Positions 51,746 to 62,158 of a stretch of DNA of 64,000 nt are shown one piece after another. The notes below the pieces were generated by a model. The model did not search any database, was not told the origin of the DNA, and saw nothing but the letters and a program-made list of their open reading frames with translations. The DNA lies in contig CBDURO010000007.1 of assembly GCA_965369995.1 (NCBI GenBank), positions 860 through 64,859 of the forward strand, in the 5' to 3' direction. The translations under genes were made by a program, and so were the position numbers. The stretch comes from an uncultured bacterium (GTDB lineage: Bacteria > Fidelibacterota > Marinisomatia > Marinisomatales > JAHJCW01). The number at the start of each line of letters is the position of its first letter. Positions within the stretch are counted from its first letter, which is position 1.

Positions 51746-52536
51746 AAAAGTTCACCAATATTTTCGATAGTTGCGCCAATCAGTTCAGCAAAATCATCTT
51801 TTGTGCGATTAGCTGTTTCAATTACTTCACTGTGTGTTAACGGTTGGTCAATAATTCCTGCGGCATAATTTGTGATTGTAGAAATCCCAATTGCTTCAAT
51901 TCCAAGCTGTTCGGCTGCTTGTAATTCCGGGACTGTACTCATGCCAACCGCATCACCGCCTAAATTTCGAATAAATTCAATCTCAGCAGGCGTCTCATAG
52001 GCAGGGCCTTGAGTCCAGCAATATATTCCATTTTCAAGTTTAACATTTACTCTATTACTAGCTTCTTCCGCGCAACCCAATAATTTTGATGATATGTCAT
52101 CAACAATTTGTGGTGTAGATAAATTTTCTCTAAACGTACAATCCATATAACCACTAATCACCATAAGTATGCCAGGAGGCATACTTTTTCTAACAGAACC
52201 GGCAGCATTCGTGATTATGATATACTTAACGCCAAGTTTATGAAACAATTGAATAGGCAATGTTACAGTCTCGATATTATGACCTTCGTAATAATGAAAT
52301 CGTCCCTTGGCGGCTATTAAAGGAACACTTTTATAATTCCCAATTGCAAATTCACCGGTATGACCTTCAACAGTAGGTTGCGGATAATTAGGGATTGCAT
52401 GGTATGAGATTACTACCGGTGTTTGTATTTGTTCAGTAAAACTTCCAAGCCCTGAACCTAAAACAATTGCCACTCCATGCGTAAATCCGGAACAGCTTCC
52501 AACATAATCAGCTATGTTTGATACGGAGTATTTCAT
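51742..52536 (-). CDS. punA: Purine-nucleoside phosphorylase (trimeric type)
   Basis: IVLGSGLG, GRFHYYEG, TNAAG, GPAYETPAE, VGMSTVPE. Confidence 0.92.
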   Translation of the reverse strand: MKYSVSNIADYVGSCSGFTHGVAIVLGSGLGSFTEQIQTPVVISYHAIPNYPQPTVEGHTGEFAIGNYKSVPLIAAKGRFHYYEGHNIETVTLPIQLFHKLGVKYIIITNAAGSVRKSMPPGILMVISGYMDCTFRENLSTPQIVDDISSKLLGCAEEASNRVNVKLENGIYCWTQGPAYETPAEIEFIRNLGGDAVGMSTVPELQAAEQLGIEAIGISTITNYAAGIIDQPLTHSEVIETANRTKDDFAELIGATIENIGELL

Positions 52537-52728
52537 TTTATATTGAACTTAGAATACAAATTAACGATTGGTAAATTTAGGTCGTTAAATATGAAACGTA
52601 AAACGTGAATCATGATGCGTGAAAACATTAATTCTTTAATTTATTAATTCTTTCATTGTTTTTAACCCTTTCCCCCTCTTTATCTCTTGCTCCACGCTTT
52701 TTGCTTTCTGATTTCAGATTGCAGATTT

Positions 52729-53766
52729 CTAATTTACAACGAGCTGTCCGCAGCCGGCATTGATGTCTGCACCCTTGCTCCATCTTGTAGTCACCGTGAA
52801 AGGAGCATTTATAAATTTACCAAGAAAATCTCTGATTTTTTCATCACTCGGACGTGCAAATTTACCCCCAATCTCATTATAAGGAATTACATTCAATTTG
52901 CATGGCAAATCACTAATTAAATTAATTACTCGCTTAGCGTCTAATTCTGAATCGTTAATATCTGCTAAAAGTACATATTCAAAAGTGACTAACTTTCTTC
53001 TTGCGTTATAATAATCTTTAACTGATTCGATTAATTTATTAATTGGATACTTCTTTGCGATGGGCATAGTTTTTAATCGCTGTTCCTGCGTCGAGCCATT
53101 CAAACTGATGGCCAATTTATACCTTTGTTTCTCTTTTGCAAATTGCCGTATTTGAGGAACTATTCCTACTGTTGAAATAGTAATATGCCGCGCGCCTAAA
53201 TTAATTCCCTTAGAGTGGTTTAACAAATCGGCTGCTTTAATTACATTATCATAATTTAGAAACGGTTCACCCATCCCCATAAAAACTACATTTGTAATCG
53301 GTTTTTCCGATTCTTTTAACAACAACAAATACTGAGCTACTATCTCACCTATGGTTAGATTTCTTATAATACCCATTGTTCCTGTTGCACAAAATTCGCA
53401 ACCCAAAGCACATCCGACTTGAGAAGAAAGACATATCGTAATACGTTTTTGTTCTTTCATTAAAACGGTTTCGATTTTTTCTCCTTCATGACATTCTAAT
53501 AAAAATTTGCGCGTCGTCGCCGATTTAGTACCGGTTACTTTCAATATTTTTAAAGGATTTAGTAAGTAATTGTTTGCAATATCTATTTTCAATTGCTTAG
53601 GAAGATTCTCCATTTCCGCAAAAGATTGAACATTGCGTTTATAAATCCAATTAAAAATTTGCTCCGCTCTGTACTTTGATTCATCATAATCTTTTACGAT
53701 AGACGTAAAATCATCTAAACTCATTCCAATTAATGATGATTTATTGTGTTTTCTGTTTAGGAACAT
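52729..53766 (-). CDS. rlmN: 23S rRNA/tRNA m2A methyltransferase RlmN
   Basis: CLSSQVGCALGCEFC, VFMGMGEP, DINAGCGQL. Start moved to 53766 because ATG 53802 lies inside a terminator hairpin. Confidence 0.94.
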   Translation of the reverse strand: MFLNRKHNKSSLIGMSLDDFTSIVKDYDESKYRAEQIFNWIYKRNVQSFAEMENLPKQLKIDIANNYLLNPLKILKVTGTKSATTRKFLLECHEGEKIETVLMKEQKRITICLSSQVGCALGCEFCATGTMGIIRNLTIGEIVAQYLLLLKESEKPITNVVFMGMGEPFLNYDNVIKAADLLNHSKGINLGARHITISTVGIVPQIRQFAKEKQRYKLAISLNGSTQEQRLKTMPIAKKYPINKLIESVKDYYNARRKLVTFEYVLLADINDSELDAKRVINLISDLPCKLNVIPYNEIGGKFARPSDEKIRDFLGKFINAPFTVTTRWSKGADINAGCGQLVVN

Positions 53767-53788
53767 TGTAATATGATAATTATAGAAA

Positions 53789-53816
53789 GAAAAATCCCCC
53801 ATGCGGGGGATTTTTC
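53789..53816 (-). terminator. Intrinsic terminator after TPR gene
   Basis: GAAAAATCCCCC-ATGC-GGGGGATTTTTC perfect stem. Confidence 0.75.
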
Positions 53817-53839
53817 ATCATCACCTTAGAATTCTTTTA

Positions 53840-54922
53840 TTAAAATTCTTTAGATTTATCAAAGTATTCCTGTGCTCTGTCTGTATCACCTTGACGCAAT
53901 AATACACGAGCCATTGCACGATAATATTGCGGATTTTCAGGTTCAATGTCAATCAGTTTTCGGTAAAAATATTCTGCACGACTCCATTTTTCGGCATTTT
54001 CAAATGTTTGTGCTATTCCACGAAGGGCATCTATGTCATTAGGATTATAATCATACGCTAATGAAAAATTATCTTCAGCTTGCTGAAAGTCGCCAAGCTG
54101 CATATTTAGAACACCGAGATTATAGTATAAATCAGCTTTCAAATTATTATCAGTTTCTTTTGCAATTGCACCTTCATAAATTGCTAAAGACATTTCTTTA
54201 TCACCAACATCGTAATATGTCTGTGCTAATTGACGAGTAGCCAAACTATTTGTTGGATCAATATCAACAGCACGTTTATAATAAATCAATGCTGATTCTT
54301 TATCGTCTGCGGCTGCAAACATTTTACCTGCGGTCATATTTAAATCAAAGTTTTCAGGATCTTTTGCAGCACCTTTGGTTACTGCATCAAGCGCACCATC
54401 TGAATCACCGCTAGCGAATAAGCAATTTGCTAATATTCCATAAGCTTGACCATTGCTCGGATTCACTTCTATAGCTGTTTTAAAAGACGCAATAGCATCT
54501 TGTAAAATCGGTGAATCTTCACCGTCACCTGATTTACGAAATTCATTAAAGTAGCCAATACCTTTGTTATAAATGGTTACCCAATGATTATCACGAGCTT
54601 GTGCAACAAAATTAGCTACTGTATTTGTTTTGCCAAACACCACGATTGGTTTTTCTGAATCAATACTCAATGCTTTATTAAACATTTCGTTCATCTTAAC
54701 CCAATCTTTTTTCTTACCATAAATCAAATCACCTAATAGATATGGTATTTCGGGATTCTCCGGTTCTACTGCTAATGCCTTAACTAAATAGATTTCAGCA
54801 TTGTCCCAATCTTGCTGCTGAATATACAATTTTGCAGATGTGAGCTCTTCACTGGCACATCCAATGAATAGCACTAACATTAAACTGAAAAGTGCAAATA
54901 CTGTGATTTTAGATTTTGTCAT
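53840..54922 (-). CDS. TPR-repeat lipoprotein
   Basis: Lipobox FIG-C; repeated 'A…F..A..(V/I)xP.N' TPR units. Confidence 0.85.
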   Translation of the reverse strand: MTKSKITVFALFSLMLVLFIGCASEELTSAKLYIQQQDWDNAEIYLVKALAVEPENPEIPYLLGDLIYGKKKDWVKMNEMFNKALSIDSEKPIVVFGKTNTVANFVAQARDNHWVTIYNKGIGYFNEFRKSGDGEDSPILQDAIASFKTAIEVNPSNGQAYGILANCLFASGDSDGALDAVTKGAAKDPENFDLNMTAGKMFAAADDKESALIYYKRAVDIDPTNSLATRQLAQTYYDVGDKEMSLAIYEGAIAKETDNNLKADLYYNLGVLNMQLGDFQQAEDNFSLAYDYNPNDIDALRGIAQTFENAEKWSRAEYFYRKLIDIEPENPQYYRAMARVLLRQGDTDRAQEYFDKSKEF

Positions 54923-54987
54923 AATATCCTCTTAAAGTTAATATAATAAAATTTAGCCTATTAAATTAGAAGTAACTGTTCTGTTTT

Positions 54988-55884
54988 TCAAGATGTAACC
55001 TTGTCTTGTAAAAAATTTTGTCGATTTTCAATTTCTGTAATTGTAGCTTTTTCTAAAGCATCTATTCCAATGCCCTCAACACAAATTGATGCCAATGCAG
55101 ATCCTAACACCAAGGCTTCTTTATAAGTTTTACCTTGCGCCAAAGCTGATACAAATCCGCCTCCGAATGTATCTCCCGCTCCGGTTGGATCAACTACTTT
55201 ATTAATTGGATACACACCTATTATAATCTTTTCACCCATATTACTATACAGAACAGCTCCATTACTTCCACGTTTAATTACCACTGTTGGAGGACCTAAC
55301 CCAATAAGCGTGGTAGCCGCATCATCTAAGTTTGAACAATCCGTTAGCATTTCAGCTTCGCTTTCATTGATCAATAGAATATCGGATTTACTTAAAACAG
55401 TTAATAATTCGCTGAGCGTTGTATCAATCCATAAATTCATTGTATCAATTACAATTATCGGGTTTGCCTGACATTGATCTATAACAGAATTCTGCAGATT
55501 CGGATGAATATTTGCTAAAAATACAAATTGTTGATTTTTGTTTATCGCTGACAATTTTGGATTGAACTCTCCGAACACCCCTAACTCCGTAAATAATGTA
55601 TCTCGATCGTCAAAATTATCGTGATAGCGCCCACCCCAACTGAATGTTTTACCTTGCTCCACCTTTAAATCCGACAAATTATTTGCATATTTCTCGTAAA
55701 TATCATGACCATGTTGTGGAAAATCGGTACCGATCACTCCAACTACATTTACATCGGAATATTTTCCGGCAGCAATTGTAGCATAGGTTGTGGAACCGCC
55801 AAGTAAATTTTCGTATCGTTCAGTTCCTATCTCAATGGTATCGATAGCAATTGAACCGACAATCAGTATTGAATCACCGCTCAT
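54988..55884 (-). CDS. PfkB-family carbohydrate kinase
   Basis: LGGS.TY, DPTGAGDTFGGGF. Confidence 0.9.
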   Translation of the reverse strand: MSGDSILIVGSIAIDTIEIGTERYENLLGGSTTYATIAAGKYSDVNVVGVIGTDFPQHGHDIYEKYANNLSDLKVEQGKTFSWGGRYHDNFDDRDTLFTELGVFGEFNPKLSAINKNQQFVFLANIHPNLQNSVIDQCQANPIIVIDTMNLWIDTTLSELLTVLSKSDILLINESEAEMLTDCSNLDDAATTLIGLGPPTVVIKRGSNGAVLYSNMGEKIIIGVYPINKVVDPTGAGDTFGGGFVSALAQGKTYKEALVLGSALASICVEGIGIDALEKATITEIENRQNFLQDKVTS

Positions 55885-55976
55885 AAGGGGCGCATTTTAC
55901 AAGTTTTTATTATGTTACAGCAAGAACTCTCATCCTTTATTTTCCCAGTTAAATTATTGTAACTTTCCGCCCTATT

Positions 55977-57107
55977 ATGTTGTATTTTGATCATAGCGCC
56001 ACAACTCCTATCGACCCCGAAGTGTTAGCTTTAATGCAAGAGGTAGCAAAGACCAATTTTGGAAATCCCTCCAGCATCCATAAATACGGACAAAAAGCAC
56101 GTGCCATTATAGAAAAATCCCGGCGCCAAATCGCCGATGCCTTATGCGTAAAGTCACGGAATATTATTTTTACCGGAGGCGGCTCAGAAGCTAATAATAT
56201 GGTTTTGCAAAATCTATTATATAACGATAAGAAACATGTCATTACTTCAGCGATCGAGCATCCAGCAATTTTAAAAGTGTTAAAACATTTAAAAAAATTC
56301 GGTGTGAGCTATACTACCGTTCCAGTAGATAAATATGGATTGGTAGACCCAATAAATATTGCATCCGCTATTCGTGATGATACTGCTCTCGTTTCAATAA
56401 TGTATGCCAATAACGAAGTCGGAACAATACAACCACTTGCCAAAATAGCGGAAATTGCTAAAAATCATAATATTCTATTTCATTCTGATGCTGTTCAGAC
56501 ACCGGGAAAGATTCCGATTGCAATAAATAAATTAAGTGCCGATTTGATGTCTTTTTCGGCACACAAGTTTTACGGTCCGAAAGGTGTCGGATTTTTATAC
56601 ATCCGCGATGGAATTAAATTGTATCCTATAATCATTGGCGGCGGTCAGGAGAAAAAACTCCGCGCTGGAACTGAAAACACGCCCGGAATTGCCGGTTTAG
56701 GATTGGCAATGAAGATGGCAGTTCAAAACCTACCTCATGCGCAAAATCATTTGCAAATATTAGAAAACCATTTTAAAAATAAATTGGCTGAAATATATCC
56801 TAATGCAATTTATAATGGTCATCCTGATTTGCATCTACCGGGACTGATTAGTGTTACAATTCCTTCAGTTACGAGCGATATTCTCTTAGTAAATCTTGAT
56901 ATGAAAGGAATAGCTGTTTCAAGTGGATCAGCCTGTTCATCGGGAACCGTGAAACCATCTGATGTTCTGAAAGCTATGCATATTAGTAATCAGAATAATA
57001 TTTCGAGCTTGCGCATAAGTTTTGGGAAAGGCAATACTATTGAACAAGTTGATCAGTTAATCGGTGCATTCGATGAAATTCTAAAGAAGTATAACCGGAA
57101 AAAATGA
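55977..57107 (+). CDS. iscS: Cysteine desulfurase (IscS/NifS type)
   Basis: YFDHSATTP, NNEVG, SAHKFYGPKG, SSGSACSS; upstream of mnmA. Confidence 0.9.
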   Translation: MLYFDHSATTPIDPEVLALMQEVAKTNFGNPSSIHKYGQKARAIIEKSRRQIADALCVKSRNIIFTGGGSEANNMVLQNLLYNDKKHVITSAIEHPAILKVLKHLKKFGVSYTTVPVDKYGLVDPINIASAIRDDTALVSIMYANNEVGTIQPLAKIAEIAKNHNILFHSDAVQTPGKIPIAINKLSADLMSFSAHKFYGPKGVGFLYIRDGIKLYPIIIGGGQEKKLRAGTENTPGIAGLGLAMKMAVQNLPHAQNHLQILENHFKNKLAEIYPNAIYNGHPDLHLPGLISVTIPSVTSDILLVNLDMKGIAVSSGSACSSGTVKPSDVLKAMHISNQNNISSLRISFGKGNTIEQVDQLIGAFDEILKKYNRKK

Positions 57108-58186
57108 TGGCAATGCGAGTAGTGGTTGGCATGAGCGGTGGTGTAGATAGCTCAGTTGCAGCGTATTTGCTAAAAGAACAAGGATATGAGGTTCAGTGTG
57201 TATTTATGAAAAATTGGGAGGACGAAGATGATGAATTTTATTGTTCCTCTGAAGAAGATTATAGTGATGCAATTCAAGTTTGTGATCTTTTAGACCTGCC
57301 TCTTCACTCAGTCAATTTTTCAAAAGAATATCGTGAAAATGTGTTTAAATATTCCCTTGAAGAATATAAATCGGGGCGCACGCCAAATCCTGATGTTTTA
57401 TGCAATAAGGAGATAAAATTTAAATTTTTTCTGGATTATGCTCTTAATTTAGGAGCGGACGCCATTGCCACCGGGCATTATGCCAGAATATTAAAATCAG
57501 CGGATGGTTTTCAATTATTAAAAGGAATCGATAAGAATAAAGACCAAAGTTATTTTTTATACTTATTGGGTCAGGAAGAATTGTCGAAATCTATTTTCCC
57601 AATTGGAAATATGAACAAAGACGATGTACGGATTTTAGCAAAAAAGTTAGATTTGCCAACTTCCACTAAAAAAGACAGTACCGGAATTTGCTTCATTGGT
57701 GAACGTGATTTTAAAGCATTTTTACTACAATATTTACCCACTCAACCAGGTGATATTGTAACGACCGAAGGAAAAATTGTTGGGCAACATGACGGTTTAA
57801 TGTATTACACGCTTGGTCAACGAAAAGGAATTGGCGTGGGCGGCGGTCACGGTATAACCGAAGAACCTTGGTATGTTGTAAAAAAGGATTTGGACAAGAA
57901 TAGTTTAGTAATAGGTCAGGGACACGACCATCCCGGTTTGTACAGTAAAAGCTTAACTGCGGGACAATTACATTGGATAACGTCCGTACCAAGCAAAATT
58001 CCTTTTGAGTGTACCGCAAAGATTCGCTATCGTCAAAAAGATCAAGCTTGTACAATTACTAATATCGAAAATAGAATTGCAAATATACAATTTACTGAAA
58101 ACCAATTTGCTCCAACGCCGGGACAATCAGTTGTATTTTATGATGGAGAACAATGTTTAGGCGGTGGAATTATAGAAACTATTTGA
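57104..58186 (+). CDS. mnmA: tRNA 2-thiouridylase MnmA
   Basis: MSGGVDSS, TPNPDVLCN, ATGHYA, KDQSYFL, DSTGICF. Confidence 0.97.
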   Translation: MMAMRVVVGMSGGVDSSVAAYLLKEQGYEVQCVFMKNWEDEDDEFYCSSEEDYSDAIQVCDLLDLPLHSVNFSKEYRENVFKYSLEEYKSGRTPNPDVLCNKEIKFKFFLDYALNLGADAIATGHYARILKSADGFQLLKGIDKNKDQSYFLYLLGQEELSKSIFPIGNMNKDDVRILAKKLDLPTSTKKDSTGICFIGERDFKAFLLQYLPTQPGDIVTTEGKIVGQHDGLMYYTLGQRKGIGVGGGHGITEEPWYVVKKDLDKNSLVIGQGHDHPGLYSKSLTAGQLHWITSVPSKIPFECTAKIRYRQKDQACTITNIENRIANIQFTENQFAPTPGQSVVFYDGEQCLGGGIIETI

Positions 58187-58190
58187 GTTT

Positions 58191-58392
58191 AAACCACAGA
58201 GCCACAGAGGGCACCGAGAAAAAAGATTTTAGAAAATAACCTTGCGAAGGTTTGACTTCTTCGCAAGATTCTATAAAATTAAATTTCTCCAATTTTTATC
58301 TTTACCCCGACTTATCGGGGCAAAGTTTTTATCACAATTAAATTTAATAATCTATAATTATTCACTCCGTGTCTCAGTGCCTCCGTGGTAAA
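58191..58392. repeat. Nested REP-like cluster
   Basis: Outer arms CCACAGAGCCACAGAGGGCAC…GTGCCTCCGTGG enclose CTTGCGAAG/CTTCGCAAG (58241-58267) and CCCCGACTTATCGGGG (58305-58320). Confidence 0.65.
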
Positions 58393-58406
58393 TTCAATTT
58401 ATAAAA

Positions 58407-59156
58407 ATGTCTAATCAACGACAACTAGCAACAGTTATAATGGCTGCCGGTAAAGGAACACGGATGGAATCCGATTTGCCAAAAGTACTTCATTTGGTAA
58501 GCGGAAAACCGATGCTTTTACATGTAATAAACTTGGCAAAAAGCATTAACTCTGAACGAATTATTACTATTATCGGTCATAGAAAAGAGCTTGTTATTGA
58601 TGCAATCAAACCGGTCGGAGCTGAATATGTAATTCAAGAACCTCAATTAGGTATCGGGCATGATGTACAGCAGACAGAATTATTATTAAAAGATTTTGAC
58701 GGAGATGTTCTAGTCCTCTCAGGTGATGTACCGCTTCTACAAAAATCTACAATAGACAAGATGCTGAAAATTCATCGTGAAGCGGATAACGGAGTAACTG
58801 TATTAACGGCGATGTTTGAAAATCCGCATGGATATGGTCGTGTAATCAGAAAAAATAATAATACATTAGATTACATAATAGAAGAGAAAGATTGTAATGA
58901 CGAACAACGAAAAATTAAGGAAATCAACGCCGGTATATATATATTCAAATCTAAAGATCTGTTTCCTGCTTTAAATAAAATTAAAAATGATAATAGACAA
59001 AATGAATATTACTTGCCTGATGCCTTAAAATTCATCGCAAATGCGCAACAAAGCATTGCCTTGCATATTACCGATGAACCAATAGAAATTACAGGCGTTA
59101 ATACAGTTGAACAATTAAAGGAATTGAATTTAATTTATAAGAAATGGTATGGCTAA
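58407..59156 (+). CDS. Sugar-phosphate nucleotidyltransferase (GlmU N-terminal domain only)
   Basis: AAGKGTRM..DLPKVLH, LSGDVP, YGRVIR, EYYLPD, GVNT; ends before the hexapeptide acetyltransferase domain. Confidence 0.85.
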   Translation: MSNQRQLATVIMAAGKGTRMESDLPKVLHLVSGKPMLLHVINLAKSINSERIITIIGHRKELVIDAIKPVGAEYVIQEPQLGIGHDVQQTELLLKDFDGDVLVLSGDVPLLQKSTIDKMLKIHREADNGVTVLTAMFENPHGYGRVIRKNNNTLDYIIEEKDCNDEQRKIKEINAGIYIFKSKDLFPALNKIKNDNRQNEYYLPDALKFIANAQQSIALHITDEPIEITGVNTVEQLKELNLIYKKWYG

Positions 59157-59613
59157 AAAAATGAAATATATTATCACGTTAATTACAATACTTTCTGTTG
59201 GAATGGGTCAACTCAAATCGGATCTATCGCAAAACAATGCGATTCCTCAAGGTTTGTCAGGTTCTGATGGTTCTATTATGTCATTATTTGATCCAAGCCG
59301 GTTTAGCATGAATCATAGTTTTTCGGCAAGTATGATAAGCATGAATAAACAATCAATTAGTGTGATGAGTTACACAAACAATATGAATTTCATGCTACGT
59401 GATAATCTACGAGTACAAACTTATTTGACATTCATGCAACCAAATATGATTTCTTCAAATACACAAAATCCATATTCAAATAGTCAATTATATTTTAATA
59501 CGGTGCTTGATTACAATCCTACCGAAAATACTCATTTTCAAGTAAGTTTTGGAAATTATCCAATATATGGCAGACGTCAAGTATCACCCTTTCTCTTAGA
59601 TCGTGGTTTTTAA
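59149..59613 (+). CDS. Hypothetical secreted protein
   Basis: Signal peptide; coupled to the upstream gene. Confidence 0.6.
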   Translation: MAKKMKYIITLITILSVGMGQLKSDLSQNNAIPQGLSGSDGSIMSLFDPSRFSMNHSFSASMISMNKQSISVMSYTNNMNFMLRDNLRVQTYLTFMQPNMISSNTQNPYSNSQLYFNTVLDYNPTENTHFQVSFGNYPIYGRRQVSPFLLDRGF

Positions 59614-59632
59614 TTGTTCTCAGATTTAATAA

Positions 59633-60154
59633 ATGCCTAAGAAAAAATCTAAAAGACAGACAAAATTCGTCTATAATATTTTAATTGTTGTTCTGGCAAT
59701 TGTCGTCGTTGGATTTATTTATTCCTTTGCTCAAAAAAATTGGACTGATGGGGTAACTATTCAAAAGCCCCAACTTAATACTGATCTAAAAGTACAATTA
59801 GCTATTGATATATATGAAGCGAATCCCATTTTAAACATTAAAGTTGAGGTTCTAAATGGTTGCGGCGAGAAAGGGATTGCAGCCAAAATTTCCGATTTTT
59901 TACGCACAGAACATATCGATGTTGTGCGTTCGGAGAATGCAGCTAATTTTGAATACGAACATACCATTCTAATTCAACGTTCGGATAATTTATTTAATCT
60001 TAAAACAGTGGCAAAAGCCTTGTACTTTGATATCAATAATGAAGATCGAGTAATTATCCAGCCCAGTTCAACATCAGATGTTGATCTTACACTGATTCTT
60101 GGTAAGGATTACCGCTCCGTAAAACCAATTAAAGTATATCTCGCAAATCAATAA
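59633..60154 (+). CDS. LytR C-terminal domain protein
   Basis: TM anchor, 'VEVLNGCG..GIA', 'DLTLILGKDY'. Confidence 0.85.
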   Translation: MPKKKSKRQTKFVYNILIVVLAIVVVGFIYSFAQKNWTDGVTIQKPQLNTDLKVQLAIDIYEANPILNIKVEVLNGCGEKGIAAKISDFLRTEHIDVVRSENAANFEYEHTILIQRSDNLFNLKTVAKALYFDINNEDRVIIQPSSTSDVDLTLILGKDYRSVKPIKVYLANQ

Positions 60155-60159
60155 TAAAA

Positions 60160-60567
60160 TTGCCAAATACATTCCAGTCAAAAATATTGCAAAAATCAAT
60201 TAAATCTAATCAATTAGCCGATATAATCGGCAAATTATCATTGACTAAAAATGCTGAAAATGTTCTATCCATTGATGTGCGTAAAGTATCAAGTTCCGCA
60301 GATTATTTTATCATTTGTTCTGCAGAGACTGGATTACAAGTTCAAGCAATTGCCAATGCCGTTAGAAAAGGCACTCCGGCTAAACCTTGGCACATTGAAG
60401 GACTCGAACATCAGAATTGGGTATTGTTAGATTATGTAGATGTTGTTTTGCATATTTTCAAAACTCAAGTTAGAGAATTTTATTCATTAGAAAAACTTTG
60501 GGCTGATGCGCCTACGGTTGAAATAACCGATGAACCTCAAAAACATAGTCAATCGCTATCTAATTAA
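60160..60567 (+). CDS. rsfS: Ribosome silencing factor
   Basis: DYFIICS, WVLLDYVDVVLHIF, FYSLEKLWADA. Confidence 0.92.
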   Translation: MPNTFQSKILQKSIKSNQLADIIGKLSLTKNAENVLSIDVRKVSSSADYFIICSAETGLQVQAIANAVRKGTPAKPWHIEGLEHQNWVLLDYVDVVLHIFKTQVREFYSLEKLWADAPTVEITDEPQKHSQSLSN

Positions 60568-62158
60568 TGCATTAGAAAAACTTAACTTAACTGTTAAGTC
60601 ATTCGATTTATCCGGTTCGAAAAACCCAAAATTTGGTGATCTTTCAACGAATGTAGCATTAATCCTTGCAAAACAAGTCGGAAGAAATCCGATGGAAATT
60701 GCAAGGAAAATCGAACAAGCTATACCAATTGATAATTCCATTTTATCTGAAATAAACGTAACGCCGCCCGGATTCATAAATTTTAGAATAAGTCCAATTT
60801 ATTATCAATCAGTTGTACAGCAAATTATTAATAAAGATAAACACTTCTATACCGGAAATATAGGCAAAGGGAAAACAGCTAATGTTGAATTTGTCAGCGC
60901 AAATCCAACCGGTCCTTTATCAGTTGGGCATGGTCGTCAGGCAGTTATCGGTGATACCATAGCCAATATTTTGCAATGGCACGGTTACAAAGTTACACGC
61001 GAATATTATTATAATGACGGCGGAAAACAGATGCGTATATTAGGCGAATCAGTTGAAGCACGATATTTTCAAGAACTTGGTCAATCTGTGGAATGGTCCG
61101 ATGATTATTATCAAGGTGATTATATCAAAGATATCGCTAAAGATATTGTAAAAGAATTCGGTGAAAAAGTTAAAGTTGGAGATGAAATATTCCGTAAGGT
61201 TGCAGAAGAAAGAATTTTCTCCAATATCCGTAATACATTAGAATATATTGGTATTATCCACGATGTTTTCTCTAATGAAAAAAATTTCATCCAACCAATT
61301 AAAATTAAAAGTATCATCGAAGGTCTCCGTCAAAAAGGATTGATCTACGAAACAGATGGTGCTACTTGGTATAAGACAACAGCTCTTGGAAAAGATCAAG
61401 ACCGAGTCCTAATTAAAAGTAGCGGCGAGCCGGCTTATCGGTTACCGGATATTATATATCATCGCGATAAATTTGAGCGAAATTACGATTTGCTTATTGA
61501 TATTTTTGGTTCCGATCATATTGATTCCTATCCTGATGTCGTATCGGCATTAGACGCACTAGGATACAATACCTCTAATTTACGAGTACTAATTCATCAA
61601 TTTGTAACATTGACGAAAGGTGGTGAAAAAGTAAAAATGTCCACACGGAAAGCTGAATTCGTTACATTGGATGAGTTAATTAATTTGGTGGGCAAAGATG
61701 TTGTACGTTATTTCTTTTTAATGCGCGGCATGAACACACATCTCAATTTTGACTTAGAATTAGCGCAAGATCAATCAGAAAAGAATCCTGTCTTTTATTT
61801 GCAATATGCACATGCGAGGATTTGCAATATTATTCGTCATGGCGAGCAACATGGAATTACGTTTGATAAAAATTATGACCCGTCATTGTTATCACATGAT
61901 GCAGAAATTGAATTAATGAAACAGCTTAATCAATTTCCGGAAATAATGGCAACTGTTCTTGAATTTCTCGAGCCACGCTCAATCACAAACTATCTTCAAA
62001 CTCTAGCTTCGTCTTTCCATAAATTTTATACGGAATGCCATGTCATAACGGACAATCTTCAAATGTCTCTAGCTCGAATAGCATTAATATCAGCTACAAA
62101 AAATATCTTAGCAGAAGGGCTGGATATTCTCGGTATTAGTGCACCTAAGCGAATGTGA
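60530..62158 (+). CDS. argS: Arginine--tRNA ligase
   Basis: VEFVSANPTGPL.VGHGR, KMSTR, YLQYAHARI, LGISAPKRM. Confidence 0.97.
   Translation: MNLKNIVNRYLINALEKLNLTVKSFDLSGSKNPKFGDLSTNVALILAKQVGRNPMEIARKIEQAIPIDNSILSEINVTPPGFINFRISPIYYQSVVQQIINKDKHFYTGNIGKGKTANVEFVSANPTGPLSVGHGRQAVIGDTIANILQWHGYKVTREYYYNDGGKQMRILGESVEARYFQELGQSVEWSDDYYQGDYIKDIAKDIVKEFGEKVKVGDEIFRKVAEERIFSNIRNTLEYIGIIHDVFSNEKNFIQPIKIKSIIEGLRQKGLIYETDGATWYKTTALGKDQDRVLIKSSGEPAYRLPDIIYHRDKFERNYDLLIDIFGSDHIDSYPDVVSALDALGYNTSNLRVLIHQFVTLTKGGEKVKMSTRKAEFVTLDELINLVGKDVVRYFFLMRGMNTHLNFDLELAQDQSEKNPVFYLQYAHARICNIIRHGEQHGITFDKNYDPSLLSHDAEIELMKQLNQFPEIMATVLEFLEPRSITNYLQTLASSFHKFYTECHVITDNLQMSLARIALISATKNILAEGLDILGISAPKRM

Noticed and set aside
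55977-57107. Cysteine desulfurase as a selenium-delivery partner of the selenoprotein
   Set aside because: It overlaps mnmA, the standard tRNA-thiolation context, and lies 44 kb from the operon.
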